Shown in pieces: positions 10,920 to 23,072 of a DNA stretch of 55,697 nucleotides. Under the pieces are notes generated by a model that was given only the letters and a program-made list of their open reading frames with translations, had not been told where the DNA came from and ran no database searches. This stretch comes from Trypethelium eluteriae (lineage: Eukaryota): positions 62,001 through 117,697 of the forward strand of contig JAVECL010000011.1 of the NCBI GenBank assembly GCA_051942245.1, written 5' to 3'. Numbering within the stretch: position 1 is the first letter of the stretch; each line of letters starts with the position of its first letter. Made by a program: the position numbers and the translations under genes.

Positions 10920-13328
10920 ATGTCGGCGAATGAAAGGACACCTTTGATCGCGGTGGTGCACGTTGCTCCACCACGACAGCGATATCCACATCAAACACTC
11001 CGTCGATTTTGTACCATTGCTCTCACTACGATACCCATTGCAGTTATTATTGCTATCCTTGTGCTGTTCTTTCTTGGCTTCGGAGCCGACGACTTTTTCG
11101 ACGAACACCCGCATCGAAGACCGCAAGCGCCTTACCCTCCTCCATCAATTTCGCTTTCTGACATTTCCGGGACGAGTACTGGGCTCTCTTATGAGGATTT
11201 GCAACAAATATTGCTGGATACGCCTCAGGAGAAGAAAATAAGAGAGTGGAGCCAATACTACACGGCTGGACCACACTTGGCAGGGCAGAATCGTTCCCTG
11301 GCCACTTGGACTCAAGAGCTATGGCAAGGGTTTGGTATTGCAGATTCACGGGTGGTGGCGTATGATACTTATCTGAATTACCCTCTGGGCCATCGCCTGG
11401 CTCTATTGGAGAAAGGGAAGGAGACTGCTGAGGATCCACCCAATACTCCAAAGACTTCAGATGAATGGACTGTCAAATTTGAAGCTACCCTTGAGGAAGA
11501 CGTCCTGGACGAGGACAGCTCAACTGGTCTACCAGACCGCATCCCTACATTTCATGGCTATTCTGCCAATGGAAATGTTACGGCACCCTATGTCTTTGTG
11601 AATTATGGCACGTATCAGGACTTCGAAGACCTTCAAAAGGCAGGCATACCGTTGGAAGGGAAGATTGCCTTAGCCAAATATGGGGCGATATTCAGGGGCC
11701 TGAAGCTCAAGCGTGCCTCAGAGTTTGGCATGATCGGTGCAGTCCTGTACTCTGATCCGGGCGATGATGGCGAAGTCACTGAGAAGAATGGATACAAGAG
11801 CTACCCCGAGGGACCCGCAAGACACCCAAGTAGTGTACAGAGAGGCAGCACACAGTTTCTAAGTGTAGCTCCTGGCGATCCAACGACACCTGGGTACCCT
11901 TCCAAACCAGGTGTTCCCCGTCAACCTGTTGATGGTGCGATTCCGTCCATTCCATCCCTTCCCATTTCATATCAGGAAGCTCTACCACTTCTCGAAGCAC
12001 TCAATGGCCATGGTCCGAATGCATCGTCGTTTCCCTCTCACTGGCAGACTGGTGGGCTCGACTACAAGGGTATCAACTATAATATTGGCCCTTCGCCTGA
12101 CGGTCTCGTCTTGAACCTCGTAAACGAACAGAACTATACAATCACTCCTCAGTGGGACGTCATTGGTATCATCAACGGCACCAGTCAAGATGAAGTTGTT
12201 ATTATGGGTAACCATCGTGATGCCTGGATTGCCGGTGGCGCAGGCGATCCCAACTCGGGTTCTGCAGCCTTGAATGAAGTTGCGCGGAGTTTTGGCGTGG
12301 CTCTCAAAAAAGGCTGGAAGCCTCGTCGTACTATAGTACTTGCGTCCTGGGATGGTGAAGAGTACGGCCTCATTGGCAGCACAGAATGGGTAGAAGAGTA
12401 CCTTGCTTGGCTCAACGCTTCCGCGGTTGCATACCTGAACGTCGATGTAGGGACGCGGGGACCAGAATTTGATGTTGCAGCAGCACCTTTGCTGAATAGG
12501 GCTATCATTGAGACCACGAAACTCGTCCAGAGCCCCAATCAGACCATTGCCAACCAATCTGTCTACGATATCTGGCTTTCCCGCAAGCCTGCGAGCATAC
12601 CGCCAATGAACTCCAGCACTCCAAGGATCAGAACGATGGGATCTGGATCCGATTTTACAGCATTCCAAGATCATGCTGGAATTCCTTGTGTTGATCTGGG
12701 CTTCAGCGCCAATTCGGAGAGTGCAGTGTATCACTATCATTCCAATTATGATAGCTTTTACTGGATGGATAAGTATGGTGATCCTGGTTGGCATTACCAC
12801 GTTACAGCTGCCAAAATCTGGGGTCTTCTTGCTGTAAAATTGGCCGAAGAACCTCTCATTAGCTTTAGTGCAGAGGATTACGCCACCGGGCTAGACTTGT
12901 ATCTCGATCAAGTACAGGCGAAGGCAGATGATCTTAATGTCGAGTTTTCCTTCGAGCAGCTCCGCAGTGCCATTAGCAAACTGTACGAAGCCTCATCCAA
13001 GCTTGATGCTATAGCTGCATCGCTCTCGTCGGAACTTGCCAGGGACGATATTCCGCTTTTTCAAAGGACGAGTCTGCTGAGGAAGGCTAAGAAAGTTAAC
13101 AAGAAATACCAATATCTTGAGCGAGCGTTCCTGTATCCGGATGGCCTCGATTCGAGACCTTGGTTCAAGCATGTTGTATTCGCCCCAGGATTATGGACAG
13201 GATACGCTGGTGCAACGTATCCGGGACTCGTTGAAGCTTTGGATGCCGGGAACTCTACAAATGCAAAGAGATGGGAATCTATCATTACAGATCTTGTTAA
13301 TGACGCCACCCGGTTGGTCCAGGCATAA
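10920..13328 (+). CDS. M28B glutamate carboxypeptidase II / transferrin-receptor-like protein (Vps70/Tre-like)
   Basis: N-terminal ERTPLI and one TM segment; PA domain; GNHRDAW, GAGDPNSG, SWDGEEYGLIGSTEW, GSGSDF and YHSNYDS; TfR dimerization region RPWFKHVVFAPG. Confidence 0.93.
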   Translation: MSANERTPLIAVVHVAPPRQRYPHQTLRRFCTIALTTIPIAVIIAILVLFFLGFGADDFFDEHPHRRPQAPYPPPSISLSDISGTSTGLSYEDLQQILLDTPQEKKIREWSQYYTAGPHLAGQNRSLATWTQELWQGFGIADSRVVAYDTYLNYPLGHRLALLEKGKETAEDPPNTPKTSDEWTVKFEATLEEDVLDEDSSTGLPDRIPTFHGYSANGNVTAPYVFVNYGTYQDFEDLQKAGIPLEGKIALAKYGAIFRGLKLKRASEFGMIGAVLYSDPGDDGEVTEKNGYKSYPEGPARHPSSVQRGSTQFLSVAPGDPTTPGYPSKPGVPRQPVDGAIPSIPSLPISYQEALPLLEALNGHGPNASSFPSHWQTGGLDYKGINYNIGPSPDGLVLNLVNEQNYTITPQWDVIGIINGTSQDEVVIMGNHRDAWIAGGAGDPNSGSAALNEVARSFGVALKKGWKPRRTIVLASWDGEEYGLIGSTEWVEEYLAWLNASAVAYLNVDVGTRGPEFDVAAAPLLNRAIIETTKLVQSPNQTIANQSVYDIWLSRKPASIPPMNSSTPRIRTMGSGSDFTAFQDHAGIPCVDLGFSANSESAVYHYHSNYDSFYWMDKYGDPGWHYHVTAAKIWGLLAVKLAEEPLISFSAEDYATGLDLYLDQVQAKADDLNVEFSFEQLRSAISKLYEASSKLDAIAASLSSELARDDIPLFQRTSLLRKAKKVNKKYQYLERAFLYPDGLDSRPWFKHVVFAPGLWTGYAGATYPGLVEALDAGNSTNAKRWESIITDLVNDATRLVQA

Positions 13329-14407
13329 CTTCGTAGGATAGCTCGCGATCTTAATACGCTCATGCACTTCTTGTGGGTGATCTGGGCAAAGGTGAGGGAA
13401 AACGACTCGTCACGTGAACCCAAAATCTATCAATCAATAATGCGTCAATGTAAAACCCTGTTTTCAAATTTTACATGATGACTTGCAAAGATGTCACCCT
13501 TATTTCGAGAAAGGTACAAATCTTTTTGTGTAGCATTTTCCAGTCCACAGATGTAGGAGGTTTCCCGCGCATGTGAGCGTATTGTGTAGCAGAACTTGAT
13601 GTCCCTGATAAGTTGAAGAAATCCTTGGAAAGGAAATAGAGTATAAGTTTCGACGACTGGCTGGGAACGTCCAGGGCTGCGGAGCTTTACAGAGGCTGCG
13701 GGGCAGATCAGCAGCATATTCTCAACCAATCATTTCCGCACCTCGCACCTTTTCAGAGGGCAGTTCATGGATAAACAAATCGAAAAAAATCGGAAGCCAG
13801 AATAGGCCATTTCTTATGCTCGAAGCTACAATAAAGACGCTATGCGCAAGCAGACACCCCCCTCAGGCCCCATGTTGCTGGCTACATGAAAGGAAGCAGA
13901 TGATACTCCCTTGTGCCGATCAAACACACACGGCAGTGGATAAATACCTTAGAGATCGGCGCTATGTGCCGTAGCGGCCGGGACGTCCGGGGAAGCAGGC
14001 TGAAGGCAGTACGGACCCTTGACAGATCTACACAACACCATAAGGTAATCACGAACTTTGGGATATTTAGGATAGAGACGGGGCCGGGGAAAGACCCGCA
14101 GTGAGTTTATCCAGGGTACAATTTCGTGTCAATATCACTGTTTTCGTTACATTAGCAAATCTGCTTGAGCTATTTTGCCGCCAAGTGTTTCGTAGATCCC
14201 CTCAATGTCTTCGAATGAGAAGCCATCGCGTCCATCTCGTCCGTATCATCCATTGGATAAAAGGAAGACCGGCATTGCTATTTGGGCGATAGTCTGTTCA
14301 ACACATTGTACTATATACGTCCAAATGCCAAGCCTTGAATCGAGTAGGTCTTCACTCTCTGACATTCCAATCCACTTGCATCCTTCCTAGTCTCCAATAC
14401 TAGCAAC

Positions 14408-15591
14408 ATGCATCTTGCAAACACCCTTGCGGTCGTAGCCGCTCTTGTAGGAGCGGCAATAGCTGTCCCAGCTCCTAGCAGGGCGACGATGAAAGAAACT
14501 TCGACAAGACTACGCCCCAGACAGGACACTTCGTCACCGTATCTGAATACTGCAGCCAAAGCCAAGGGCAAGCTCTGGTTTGGCTCAGCAACTGACACCA
14601 CAACTGCTGAAACCAGCGATGTCTCCTACATGACCATTTTTAATAACTCAAACATCTTCGGTCAAACGACCCCTGCCAATACGATGAAATGGGAATTTAC
14701 GGAGCCGACACAGAATAATTTCACTCTAAGTGCAGGCAATGAAACCATTGCATTGGCAAAAGCTAGTGGTAAACTTGTCCGGTGTCATAATCTGGTGTGG
14801 TCCTCGGAGCTCCCTAGCTGGGTTACAGGCGGCAACTGGACGAATGCGACATTACTGGCAGCTATGGAAAACCACATTACCACGCTTATTCAGGGATATG
14901 GCAGTAGCTGTTATTCCTGGGACGTCGTGAACGAAGCTCTCAACAGCGATGGTAGCTTTACTTCCAACGGTAAGGAAATCCAGAACTCTACCTTAATGTC
15001 ACTTGGCTGATGGTGATTCCAGTGTTCCTCACAAACATTGGCGAAGCCTATGTTCCACTTGCATACAAATATGCCACCGCTGCAGTTACTGCCACTGGAG
15101 CAGACATCAAACTCTTCTACAACGATTACAGTATCGAGGCGCCCAGCACGAAGAACACTGCTGCTGTCAATCTTGTAAAAACCATTAAGTCGTACGGCGC
15201 CAATATCGACGGCGTCGGCTTCGAGAGCCATTTCAGCACCTCGTATTACCCAACGACGACCCAACAAGAGCAGGCCATGGCTTCCGTCGCCGCGGAAGGC
15301 GTCAACATCCACGTTACCGAGCTTGACGTCGCATGTTCCAGCGTACCGTGCTCAACCGCAGATCTAGCCACACAAGCAACCGCATACTACGACACTATCT
15401 CCGCCTGTATGGGCACAACAGCATGCACCGGCATGACGGTCTGGGATTTCGATGATAAGTATAGCTGGATCCAGCCTAGTAGCAATGGCGGCGAAGGGAA
15501 TCCGGATCTGTATTACTCAAACTACACTCGGCACCCAGCCTATACAGCCGTCTATGAAGCAATTGAGGGGCAAAGCTGCTCTGTCTGCTGA
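14408..15591 (+). CDS. Secreted GH10 endo-1,4-beta-xylanase
   Basis: Signal peptide; TPANTMKW, RCHNLVW, WDVVNE (acid/base Glu), LFYNDY, VTELD (nucleophile) and TVWDFDDKYSW. Intron 14970-15022. Confidence 0.95.
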
Positions 15592-16699
15592 ACAATTGAA
15601 AAGATGATGGTAGAGAAGACATAGAAGATTCCTTGTCGAATCGTGATTGCGCTGAGGAGAGCTTCAAATATCATCATCTTCTCGTCTATAGACTACTATT
15701 GTATCTATTGACCACAGCTTGTTCTTCGAATTTCCCGATTGCGGCATACGGAGCAGAGCCGCAAAAGCAGCAGATAAGTCAGCCAATCTAGGTCCAGGGC
15801 AAGCGCACTTGGCGATTCTTGAGTCTTCCGTAACTGGAACTTGACGTGAACAAGCGGAATAGTTCCAGGCCTCGTGGCTTTGGAAATGCTCTTAAGATTT
15901 GAAGACCTCCAAGTATCAAGGTGAGGAGATGTTCAATAAGAAATGGATGATGCCCCAGATGATGGACAAGTCGAGACGATGAGAGAGTGTCTTGTTATGG
16001 CGGAAGCAGCGGCATTAAATGGCCTATGCAGAACAAGAGCATTTGTGATCTCTCTATAAGATCGCCAAATTGGACGAGACATGAGCCATGATTTATTAGT
16101 ATCAACTGATTACCGAATTCACTTTATTATCGAAGTAGGTAGGTTACATAGTATCGTAAGGCAGGCCTGAATCGCTGCCGTCGATAGTTGCCGTGTTTTC
16201 CGCGCGAGATCCGGTGGCTCGATAGAAATTCAGGATCACCAGGCCCCGAATCCTCTGTCAGCCACGCTTCCCGAAAAATATCATTGCATTGTCAGACTCC
16301 TAGATTTAGAGAAAGATGGATTTCAGACCATGATATGGCCAAATATATTGTCGTGCAGCCAGTCTCGGCTTTTATGTGGACCGAGTGGCACAAAAGATAC
16401 ATCGAACTTAGCGCCGGGGCGGTGGTTTATCCCAATCTCAGAAGGCCATTAGAGGCTGGTTCGGCTTGGACCAACACATTGAGGTTCCTAGACGTCGTCC
16501 AGATAGCAATTGCCGAGAGATAGGCCTCCACAATATCGCGACATCAGTGTAGACGCTCGGCAACCGGTCAGGAACTTTGGCCCAACTTGTGGCACATCTA
16601 AAAGCTCCAAGGTCTTCTTAAGGAGTGCTACAGTGAGGTCTTGTTTCGAGGAATTCATTCAATTCAAAATTCCCCGTTGCACTATCTGCCGTTGCCACA

Positions 16700-17456
16700 A
16701 TGTTTTATCGACCACTCATCGATGACCACGGGTTGCCGCATGACCCTTTCAAGGTACGAACCCCAGAGAAACAGTGAGCGGGAGAGACGAGGATTCAGAT
16801 CAACATGAGATTCTATTCAATTTATCATCCGCTTCTCTAAGACCAATTAGTCATGTGTTATTCCCCGGCCGATCGGCTGGATTTCCACACTGTCTAAAGA
16901 TGGAATTCCCAATCTGGCGCCATATAGTCAGTTCACGAACGCGACTTTCAATCCCCCTTACGTCCTCTTCTCAGCCAATCAGACAATCGACGAGCAGCGC
17001 AAAGACACAGTTGTAAACATCGAAGCTACCGGCGTATTTGTCTGGAACATGGCTACCTACGCGCTTCGTGACGCGGTCAATGCCAGTTCCGAACAATATC
17101 CTCCCGGCACGGATGAGTTCGCAGCTGCAGGCCTCGAAAAGAAGAAGGCGACCTTGTCGGACACTCCTATGGTAAAAGCCAGCCCGGTGCAGTTTGAGTG
17201 CCGCTATTACACCACTCTTCGCTTGCCCGGTAACGCACCAATGGGCAGTGTCGATATTGTGATCGGACGCGTTGAAGCAATACACATTGCAGATGAAGTG
17301 ATAGACAAGAACGGTATGCTGGATGTCCCTCGGATTCAGCCGATTGCGCGATGTGGCTACTACCAGTACACGACGGTGAAAGATGTCTTCGAGATGAAGC
17401 CACCTGCAACGATTGAGCAGGGGCTAGAAGGGAGAGTAGGGAAGGCAAAACTCTGA
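16700..17456 (+). CDS. Flavin-reductase-like domain (FMN-binding split barrel) protein
   Basis: Exon 1 MFYRPLIDDHGLPHDPFK; intron 16754-16850; exon 2 SCVIPRPIGWIST...NLAPYSQF...SPVQFEC...PIARCGYYQY. Confidence 0.9.
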
Positions 17457-18022
17457 CCTACCTGCCATCGTTTTAGCTGCACAAATGCAATGCTGCTTCA
17501 AGCGGATTCGTGGCACTTCCTGCTACTGCACTCATGCTTGTCTTAATCTTTGACTTCGGACTGTGTGAGCAATGCTGACGATTGCGTTGCGAACAAGTTG
17601 AGCGACACAGATGCGAAGCCTATCATCTACGACCAAGTGCTCTTTCTCTGGCACAACTGAGTCGGTGCTCTGTGGATGGGTTGTTTGACAGTGTCGCAAG
17701 ATCAATTCCAGATCCGCCCCGCTCACCTCCCGATGGGCCCGAGCTGGGGCAATAGAGCCTGCATTACGGCAAGAGATGAACTGGCCTAGACCGGTCTCGA
17801 TGCTATTCCGAATAATACATCGGCTGGTCAGCTTACTTGCGTATCTCAGATGGCTGCGTATTTGCAGGTAGACGCGTGTATTCTGTTCGTCGACTCGAAC
17901 CTGCGAGTATCTCCTTGGACATGGCGTATTTATCTCTGACCAGCGATCACCGCTGCCACAATCCAAGTTGAGACATCAGCTCCATAATTTCTGGGAAAGG
18001 TACACTGTGCCCAAGGGTATCT

Positions 18023-19662
18023 CTAATATATCCGTTCCGTGCTTGGTTTGACCCAATGAGCATCTTGACAGTAATGTTCGACCTCCCAATTCTTAATTTT
18101 ATCAAGATCCCACCCAGCCAAAAACCTGTTCTCTTCTGGTGTCCCGTCACCTACAGGTCCTCTTGGCCAACCAAACCGTATTGATGATACGAATGTACAT
18201 TTTCTGGCATGGTAATTGTATTGCATACACCGCGGGTTTTGGAAGCACGCATCTCGACAAGAGTCGAAGGAGTCGTGGGCGGGAGAATCGTCTGGGTCGC
18301 GAAACCCATCCCAATCAGCATTTTCCCAGTCGGGACGAATTTTTTGACTAGTAGGGTCGAAATAAACGATAAGATCGGCGAAGAGGAGGGGACCTTGCTA
18401 TGCTTGGTTAGCAAAACAGGCGAAAGCCCCGGTGAGGAGGAACTTACGCCCGGGTACCGTCTTTCCTGCTCCCACTTCCAAAGGCCTATCATGTCTTGTG
18501 GCAAAGAACGATGAAGCGATAGCGCTGGCTCGCACCAGTAAAGCTCCGAGTATGGTATACCCCCAATCGGGTGAGGGCAGAATGAAGGCCAGTGGCCTGA
18601 CAAAGGAACCCCGGCATTCCAAAACGCCCATCCCAGTATAGAGTCGCCACAACAGTCACCTTTGATATCATCAACATATCGCGCGCTGAGTGAAGGCTCC
18701 AAATATTCTCCGTGCGGTCCGACTTTTCGGGCTAGAAGTTTCTTCATAGCAGCTCGTGACACCACAAATCCAGTCCCACCATATGCGAACCAAGTCTTCT
18801 TGCCATCCGCCGCCTCTTTCCCTGGCGATGGCGAGCCCATATATTTTGGCGTGTCCGGATCCAGATTATCCAGGAATCGAAAGAGATTGTCCCAGAAGAA
18901 GTACGTGTCATCCTCCATGAAGACGTACCACTTCACGTTTGGCCGCATTTCGAACGCCTTCTCCATCATTGGCAGGAACTTGAATCTGTCCAGCTTCCAT
19001 CCTTCTGAATTTGAGTGCTCGAGGCGCCCTTCGGCTCGTAGCTGCTTTTGCTTGTCATAAGTCTCGAAGTCGGGGTTGTCTTGCCTGTAGGACTGTGGCA
19101 ATTCAGCAAGAACGTCGTACACGCGTCGGTCGCCAATCCGATCATCAAGATCGGAGAAGATGAGAAGGTTCTCTATGCATCTGGCGACACTGGATAATTG
19201 TGCGCCGACTTTCGCCTTGTCAGCATTGATACCGATCCGGAGCGAGACTTGGATGTCCGCAAGTATGTACGTTGGGAATCCCGCGCAAAGGCCTGAGTCG
19301 CTGTGTCCGTCGAAGGCTGAGATTTGTGAGCGCGAACGGAAGCGGGAGTGCGTCTCCCACGTCCAGTAGTCAAGCTTCTCTTCCGATGCGCTCTGCAATG
19401 ATTCTGTCGGTGACTCGGGCTGCACTGCATTTTCTGGACTGACCGGTGGCTGTGGACTACTCTTCGTATCTTCAACTACATCTGGCGTTGTATCGGTGGA
19501 CTGAAGTTTGGATGGCTCTTGAGACGAATAGTTCCATTTTGGAACCTTAAAGGAAAGCTGAGTCGCGAAGCTGAGGAACGAGAACGCCAGAAGAGCAGCG
19601 ATGGTGGCGGCCAGGAGCTTAGCCCAGCGACTTCTGAGGAATGGCTGGAAAGTAGTGGCCAT
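18023..19662 (-). CDS. Glycosyltransferase family 31 (Fringe-like) type II membrane protein
   Basis: ATG at 19662, N-terminal TM segment; GWKLDRFKFLPM, KWYVFMEDDTY, FAYGGTGFVVS and CCGD. Intron 18398-18447 gives an in-frame Cys-containing C-terminal exon ending at 18023. Confidence 0.88.
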
Positions 19663-20526
19663 AACAACTCTCTTCTGCCATTTCCTTTTGCTATAATTGC
19701 GATGAAAATAGGTAGGAGACACGAAGCGTGCGACAAACTGGAAAGACGCGGGAAGATACGCGGGCACTCACCGTTGGGTCTTGGGTCGAACAGCTTCAGC
19801 CTTGCCAAGTTGTAGCCACCGGTCAAGACTTGCTGCGACGTCCTGTTGGGTCCAGGCGTCGGCGAGATTTATTGGCCGGGGAAACGGAGACTTGTTAGCT
19901 CTTTGTCTGAGGCAACAAGCATGCTTCGGAATCCTTGGGTCTAAAGCTGCTGCCGAAAGTGGCGAGCAAAATACGTGATTTAGAGATCATCGAGTGTGAC
20001 AGCAAAGTACTAGTCGTGCCTATAGGTCTCTGAGGTAGCTACACTAAGCTCTGTCGGGTTAGCGCTACCGTTCGCCTTCTCTTCCCTGACACGCCTGAGT
20101 CGCAACCCCTGCATTAGCCAATTCGCGCTTTGCACTGACCGCCCAACCGTGCCACCCTCTTTTCCCCTACAGCCGCTCAAGCCATCTTGTAATTCCTGCG
20201 TAGATCTAGCTTATCCTAGGGTACGATAAGAATACCGAGGGGCAAGGTGATCAGTCTTGGTCCAAGATTTTGGGCCTCTCTTGGATTGCATGAAGCTAGG
20301 GCAGAGGTATTGCAGCGATCCTCTACTGTGTCTTGCTGGATGATCTATCAAGCTATTATCAGGGCACTGCATCTCATCGAGATCTTGTTGGCGCTCTTCT
20401 GTGGATTGCAAAGCTTAAGTAGGACTACTGAGCAGGTTGCTTCTTTCACTTCTTCAATTCTATCGAACCATTACCCATACCCGTTAATTATTAAGTACTT
20501 CTCAAGGAGCCCCAGAACATGCAAAG

Positions 20527-22237
20527 TCACTTCCCCTTTGCTGAAGCGAGGTGAGCCTTTAGTCGTTTGAACAGCAGTTTAATATGTAGGAAGTCAGCCA
20601 CACCCAAAGCTATGAAACTCAGTGGAATTGCAACAGCAAAATATACCCAGAATGTCTGTCCCAACGATCCCAGATCGTTTGTCATGCTAAAAAAGCTCGA
20701 AACAAAAGATAAAGGAACAAAGACAACGGCGAGATACGTCAGCCTTGTAAGATTCTTATTCTGGCCGAAAGCGCGCCTACTTTCCTCGATGGAGACAATC
20801 GCCGTGGCCACCAAGACGATACGTTCAATGCGGTCTTGCAAGCTCGCGATATCCTTGTGCACGATCTCAAAGTCGCGCTGGAGGTCTTGTAGACCCTCAT
20901 CAGTATTCTTATCTGAGGTCTCCCGGAAGAGCTTGTCAATGGTATCAGCAAGCATGCTTCGGTACTGAGGTACGCTTCTTCGCCACGGATGCAGCTTTCT
21001 CAGGGAAGCATCGATACTACTTGGGTCTCTGCGGAAGTCTGGATTTTCTAATTCCCACTCAATTTGAACCAGACGGGCTCCCACATAGCGACATAGTGTC
21101 AGCCATTCGGCGCAGACAAGCTGCAGCATGCGGTAAACAAGGGTCTGCGGTTGCGCCGCAAAAGCTACACCGTCTTCGTTCGGGAGACGCTGAGTCCAAT
21201 AAAGTACGTCATCAAAGATTGAGGTTCGCGGAGGTCCTTCAAAGGAAGAAGATTTGTCTTCCATTCCTGGAGTCGGATCGAAATTGCGGTAGCCAGACCA
21301 CAGAGGATATCCTTCAGTGACTGTGGGATCGACTAGCAGTACTCCGAGGACACCTGATTCATATGCTTTGTTGGGTCGAATCCAAAATGAGCTTTTGCTA
21401 CGGATTAATGCGACGCTGGTGCCCTCCTCATCAAAGATGGTCTTGTGATTCCTGTCATTATCCAGTCGACGCAGGACGTTGAAAGAGCCTGCATCACATA
21501 ATGCTTGCTTATGCGACTCTGGTGATTTGAAGTACCTAGGTTGGACGTACCGTATGTGGGAATAAGGGCGGTCCCGTGAAACAACGTCCAGATCTGGAAG
21601 TTCCACCCAAGGATCGCGCGTATTGTACCACAAGTAATCACTGATATGACCTCTGAAGAATAGTGGGTCGATACCAAATCGTGCGCCCAGAAGCTCAACC
21701 ACATCTCGCGATAAGTCTTCAACTACAAACAGTCGAGCTTCAACATGATCATGGTCGACGTGCCTATCTTCGAGCAAAGCCGCAAGTGATGCAGCATCAC
21801 TAATGTCAGTTCTGCTCACTTTCTTGCCTCGTGGAAAGTCAAGCATTGCAATCCGTGTGCGGCTTGCACGCTCAGCTCGATCAACATCCTTCAAGAACTT
21901 CCACTTCACGGGCGCCGTAGTCACCTCCATCCAGTCAGCAAGGTAGCGTAGGTGTGGCCACCTACTGGAAATGGATTTGAGATAGCTGAGGTAGGGCATG
22001 TGTGAGCTATGAGTTAGTTAGGCTCTCGAAACAATACACTCGACGAGGTTTTACAAACGTATCGATCTCCCATTCTTGAGCGCAGGCAGAAGGCTTTTGT
22101 TCATATACATCTCCGATGTAGTATGCATCCCCAGCCTCACTGGTATGTGGAAGAATATTAGCGGTGATGTGGGTTGCATTAGACGCGGTGTAAGCGATAT
22201 GCTGGTCAAGCGGCGGTCGAGGCCGTGCAAATGACAT
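20527..22237 (-). CDS. Fungal CorA-like Mg2+ transporter family protein
   Basis: LFVVEDLS...IDPLFF motif; C-terminal LTRLTYLAVVFVPLSFVSSFFSM plus a second TM segment. Probable first exon 22059-22237 with intron 22007-22058 (GTTTGT...CTAAC...TAG). Confidence 0.8.
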
Positions 22238-23072
22238 AGTGAAAAGCTACTTTGACGGAAATAGAATTTTTTGAAACGATTGCAATTCCTTCCCCGAAGG
22301 CTGAACAAAGCCTTTGCAGGTGGCGGAAACGGTTGGTGCGAGTTAATGATTTTGATCATCGGATGAAAGCGCTCACCGGGTCCCAGCAGGGGAATTCTAT
22401 CGATCGTCCGTACTAAGGCAACAAGGCTGACTTTACAGTCATCAGCGCGGAGTCGCGACATGAAGTCACTCTTGTGGCTGAAACGCTACAGAAAAAGGCT
22501 GCAGTCGGGAGAGAATGCGGAAATCGAGGCATCCTCTTCTGGCAAGTGACACAAGAAGGCGATCACTACATCGCCAACCAAGCTAACTACTTTGCACATT
22601 TTAAAATTCTTGTCATGTGTATTGAGTGACATGGTAAGTAACGGCGTAGCGGAGATAAGTCACAATCCAGACCATTGAGAGACGAAAAGAAAGTTGAAGG
22701 AGCCTTGCGGCAAGATGGGGTCATTATTCGGATCTTGAAGCTTAGCCCGAGGGTGCTGATTATTCGGTGGATTTGAAAGATTGTCGAAGGGGACGAGGAA
22801 CCGCCCATTGCCCAAGTTGGGGAGAGAGCTTTAGACAATACGCAATCACATTGCTGCTTTGTAAAGAGTACGTAGATTGAATTTAGGTACATCAGATTAG
22901 CGTGGCGGTGCGCTCCCTGTTCCTAGAGTATGGCTAGGCGACAAGTACCAAAGGTGCCAAAGTTAGTGGCGCGCCGTTGCCCAGCAACCACAGAAAAATA
23001 TCGCGGGCCTGACCATGAACGTCATCTCCGTGAAGACACTCTTCGAACGAGACTTCGACTATTTTTTCAAAG

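Noticed and set aside
10920..13328. M28 peptidase as a maturation enzyme for the repeat peptides
   Set aside because: It is a widespread PA/TfR-type carboxypeptidase about 20 kb away, separated by unrelated genes; nothing links the two.
13450..14400. XlnR/CreA sites upstream of the xylanase
   Set aside because: Only isolated short matches (GGCTGA, SYGGRG) at a frequency expected by chance.
19663..19767. N-terminal extension of the GT31 ORF
   Set aside because: It starts at GTG; the ATG at 19662 directly precedes the TM anchor.
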